DNA of 64,000 nucleotides, taken from positions 96,001 to 160,000 of the forward strand of contig JBMNLI010000012.1 in the NCBI GenBank assembly GCA_050952645.1. Direction: 5' to 3'. Position numbers and translations under genes: made by a program. The notes beneath the pieces were generated by a model that worked only from the letters and a program-made list of their open reading frames with translations, was not told the origin of the DNA and made no database searches. The stretch comes from Bdellovibrionota bacterium (lineage in GTDB: Bacteria > Bdellovibrionota_C > UBA2361 > CAKMMH01). Below, one piece after another: positions 61,437-64,000 of this stretch. Position 1 is the stretch's first letter, and every line of letters starts with the position of its first letter.

Positions 61437-61516
61437 CTCTTCACGCATTTTTAAGAGACTTTAAGCTCATTAAAAATATAACCTTTTAAAAAATTATTTT
61501 TAAACGTGTGAAGAAC
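61437..61516. repeat. Degenerate palindromic copy of the dispersed repeat
   Basis: CTCTTCACGCATTTTTAAG ... TTTAAACGTGTGAAGAAC. Confidence 0.6.
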
Positions 61517-61559
61517 TTAAATAAATAAAACAAGTCTTTAAGAATTAGCCTAGGATTTT

Positions 61560-63080
61560 TTACTTCTTAAATTCCCTTAGTGAGTTAAAAAGCTCTTCAT
61601 TATTTATAATTCTAGGGACTTTGTTTTGTCCTCCAAGTTTCCCTCTGCTTGCCATCCACATAGCAAACGTGCCAGGCTTAACAGCCTTTATTTTTGGTGG
61701 GTTTAGTCCATAGCCCTCTGCTCGATGCGCCTCATAGTCTTCATTTCTTTTACATAGCACCTTGTCGATTTTATCTGCAAACTTTTTAATATCTTCATCG
61801 TTAGGTATCTCACCTTTAAATTCCACTATGTAAAGATGCCCTCCGAGTTCGGAGGTATCCTTAGGAAAAAGAGTCCCAACGCTATAATCCGCAATTTGCT
61901 TATCTATCGATTTTGCAGCACTTACTACCGCATCTTCTACTTCCTCTAATATAAGATGCTCTCCAAAAGATGAAAGATAGTAAGAGGTTCTTCCAGTTAT
62001 GAATAATCTTGGGGGGTTAGTCTCGATAAATTTTACGGTATCTCCTAAAATATAACGCCAAAACCCAGTGCAGTTTGTCATTACAATAGCATAGTTTATA
62101 TCCTTTTCAATATTGCCAACATGGTGCACCGTTGGATTTCTTGAACCTAACTCCTCTAATGGCACAAACTCATAAAAAATGCCACTATCTAAAACCATTC
62201 TTAGCCCTTCCCCATACCCTCTGTCTTGCATTGCAATAAAGCCTTCGCTCGCAGGGTAAACCTCCCTTAGAGTTGCTTTGCTTCCTACCATTAAAGTTTT
62301 AAAAGCATCGTAATACGGAGCAAAATTAACTCCTCCATGGACAATCATTTCTAAGTTAGGAAAAATATTTTTAAATAAAAGCTCTCTATCTGGAAAAATC
62401 TCCTTATACTTATTCATAAAAATTAACATCCAACTAGGAACGCCACTAAAGAGCCTAATATCTTCATCTAATGCCATTCTTGATAAAACATCTATTTTTT
62501 CTTCCCAGTTTTTTATTAGTGCAGTCTTTTCATCTGGAAAATATCTGCTTTTTACCCACCAAGGAATATTTATGGTAGTAACGCCACTTAAATCGCCACT
62601 ATAAATATTAGGAGCTTCCTCAACTAAATCAGTGCTTCCGCCTAGCAAAAAACTTTTACCACTTAGTAATTTAGCATCAGGATTATTTATATAGTGGTAG
62701 CTAAGTAGATCTAGCCCAGCTATAACGTTGCTTCTTATCATCTGTTTAGTATATGGAATATATTTTGTAGTGCCACTGCTCGTCCCAGAACTTACTACAA
62801 AATATGGCACTTTGCCTCCATAAGTAATATTTTCAAGGTATGGAAAAGCATCTTTCCAATATTCATCCCATAAATCTTCATACGTTCTTAAGGGAACATT
62901 ATTTTGAAAATCTTTAATCGAATTAATATGGGAAAAAGAGTGTTCTTTTCCGAATTTAGTATTTTTTGAAAAATTTACTAATTTTTTTAATTGTCTTTTT
63001 TGAACTTCAGCTATATCTTGTCTTTGAAGTGATTTAAATCTAAACTTTGCATACTGTTTAATTAAGAAATTATTTATCAT
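61560..63080 (-). CDS. GH3 auxin-responsive promoter family acyl-adenylate ligase
   Basis: SSGTSSGTTKYIP, YPASEGF, FYEFVP, WRYILGD, GRT, GGQNKVPR. Confidence 0.92.
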   Translation of the reverse strand: MINNFLIKQYAKFRFKSLQRQDIAEVQKRQLKKLVNFSKNTKFGKEHSFSHINSIKDFQNNVPLRTYEDLWDEYWKDAFPYLENITYGGKVPYFVVSSGTSSGTTKYIPYTKQMIRSNVIAGLDLLSYHYINNPDAKLLSGKSFLLGGSTDLVEEAPNIYSGDLSGVTTINIPWWVKSRYFPDEKTALIKNWEEKIDVLSRMALDEDIRLFSGVPSWMLIFMNKYKEIFPDRELLFKNIFPNLEMIVHGGVNFAPYYDAFKTLMVGSKATLREVYPASEGFIAMQDRGYGEGLRMVLDSGIFYEFVPLEELGSRNPTVHHVGNIEKDINYAIVMTNCTGFWRYILGDTVKFIETNPPRLFITGRTSYYLSSFGEHLILEEVEDAVVSAAKSIDKQIADYSVGTLFPKDTSELGGHLYIVEFKGEIPNDEDIKKFADKIDKVLCKRNEDYEAHRAEGYGLNPPKIKAVKPGTFAMWMASRGKLGGQNKVPRIINNEELFNSLREFKK

Positions 63081-63172
63081 AAAAATGGACTCCCTAATAA
63101 CTAGCCAACATAATATTTATTCTATATAATAAATGCATTTGTGAAAAGTTTAAATTTTTAAAAGTTTTAATT

Positions 63173-64000
63173 ATGAAATTAAATCCAATATCTGGTTTTC
63201 CTGAAAGATTACCTGAAGAAAGAATTTATGAGCAAGAAATCATAGAGAAAATTAAGAAAATATACGAGTCTTACGCTTTCGTTCCTATTGAAACTCGTGC
63301 GATAGAATATTTAAGCACACTAGCTTCAAAAGCTTCGGACTCTAAAGAAATTTACTCTTTAAAGAGAGCTTTTGCACCAGAGGAAGAAATAGAAAAAGAT
63401 GCGTTTTCACTTCACTTTGATTTAACTGTGCCATTTGCAAGATACGTTGCAGAGAATTTAGCAAAACTTAATTTTCCTTTTAGAAGATACCAAGTGCAAA
63501 AAGTGTGGCGTGGTGAGCGTCCTCAAAAAGGAAGATTTAGAGAGTTTTACCAGTTTGATATCGACGTTATAGCTAGAGAGGAACTCCCTTTATCATTAGA
63601 AGCAGAGGTTCTAGAGGCTTACGTTAAGGCTTGGGGAGTGTTCGACTTTTTAAACTATAAAATATTTTTTAATAATAGAAAAATATTACTAGGATTTTAT
63701 GAAGCTTTAGGTATAAGTGAAGATAAAAGAAAAGATGTGATAAAAGCGGTCGATAAAATTAGTAAAATTTATGAAGATGGCGTTAGAGAAGAACTAATAG
63801 CTTTAAATATTGATAGCGAAAGTATAAATAAGATTTTAGAATTTTCTAAAGGGCGTTTTACGCATAGCGATGCCATAAAATATTTAAAAGAAAAATATTT
63901 AAAAGAATTAAAGATAACTTCTAAGTTGTTCACATTAGGAATAGAAGAGATGGAAACTATTTTTTCTTTGCTTTCAGATGAGGTGCTATCGAAAATTATA
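63173..64000 (+). CDS. hisS: Histidine--tRNA ligase, 5' part (runs off the window)
   Basis: Manual translation MKLNPISGFPERLPEE..., LHFDLTVPFARYV, RRYQVQKVWRGERPQKGRFREFYQFDID. Confidence 0.95.
   Translation, partial: MKLNPISGFPERLPEERIYEQEIIEKIKKIYESYAFVPIETRAIEYLSTLASKASDSKEIYSLKRAFAPEEEIEKDAFSLHFDLTVPFARYVAENLAKLNFPFRRYQVQKVWRGERPQKGRFREFYQFDIDVIAREELPLSLEAEVLEAYVKAWGVFDFLNYKIFFNNRKILLGFYEALGISEDKRKDVIKAVDKISKIYEDGVREELIALNIDSESINKILEFSKGRFTHSDAIKYLKEKYLKELKITSKLFTLGIEEMETIFSLLSDEVLSKII

Noticed and set aside
12203..61516. Dispersed repeats read as CRISPR repeats or integron attC sites
   Set aside because: Irregularly spaced among housekeeping genes in both orientations; no integrase and no consistent RYYYAAC/GTTRRRY ends.
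1..64000. tRNA, rRNA, prophage or transposase genes
   Set aside because: No cloverleaf, rRNA-like GC-rich segment, phage structural gene, integrase or transposase was recognised by eye.

Overview
This is an AT-rich bacterial chromosome segment. Gene content suggests a Bdellovibrionota/deltaproteobacterial-like lineage, which is my inference only. The housekeeping backbone includes the amidase 3' end, a CCA-type nucleotidyltransferase, a SPOR protein, dprA, sufS, ruvB, an NtrY-like kinase, trmD, rpsP, ffh, nifJ/PFOR, an FKBP, a cbpA-like gene, clpB and the hisS 5' end. Two accessory regions stand out. (1) About 4-23 kb holds a Ser/Thr phospho-signalling set (PP2C, FHA-like, kinase-REC), FliN/SctQ and a doubly frameshifted Cys/Asp-repeat surface protein. 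It also holds a Tad/Flp pilus operon running straight into an injectisome-type SctV and a membrane pseudokinase, which recalls the Tad + needle-less T3SS prey-killing machinery of myxobacteria. (2) About 31.5-36.5 kb is a compact island. It begins with a 46-aa precursor-like peptide missing from the ORF track (31582-31722), followed by radical SAM/SPASM, RRE-like, degenerate SPASM, ClpP-like, nucleotidyltransferase-HEPN-like and metallo-beta-lactamase genes. Its putative promoter has a (TA)12 tract between the -35 and -10 boxes. This is a candidate undescribed, phase-variable RiPP system and the best novelty candidate in the window. Other observations are a probable 6S RNA, a second structured RNA or leader, a dispersed palindromic MITE/REP-like family, an ArgRS paralogue lacking HIGH, and two unrelated orphan genes sharing the same leader and terminator with 5'-3' complementarity. 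All calls come from reading motifs by eye; no searches were run.
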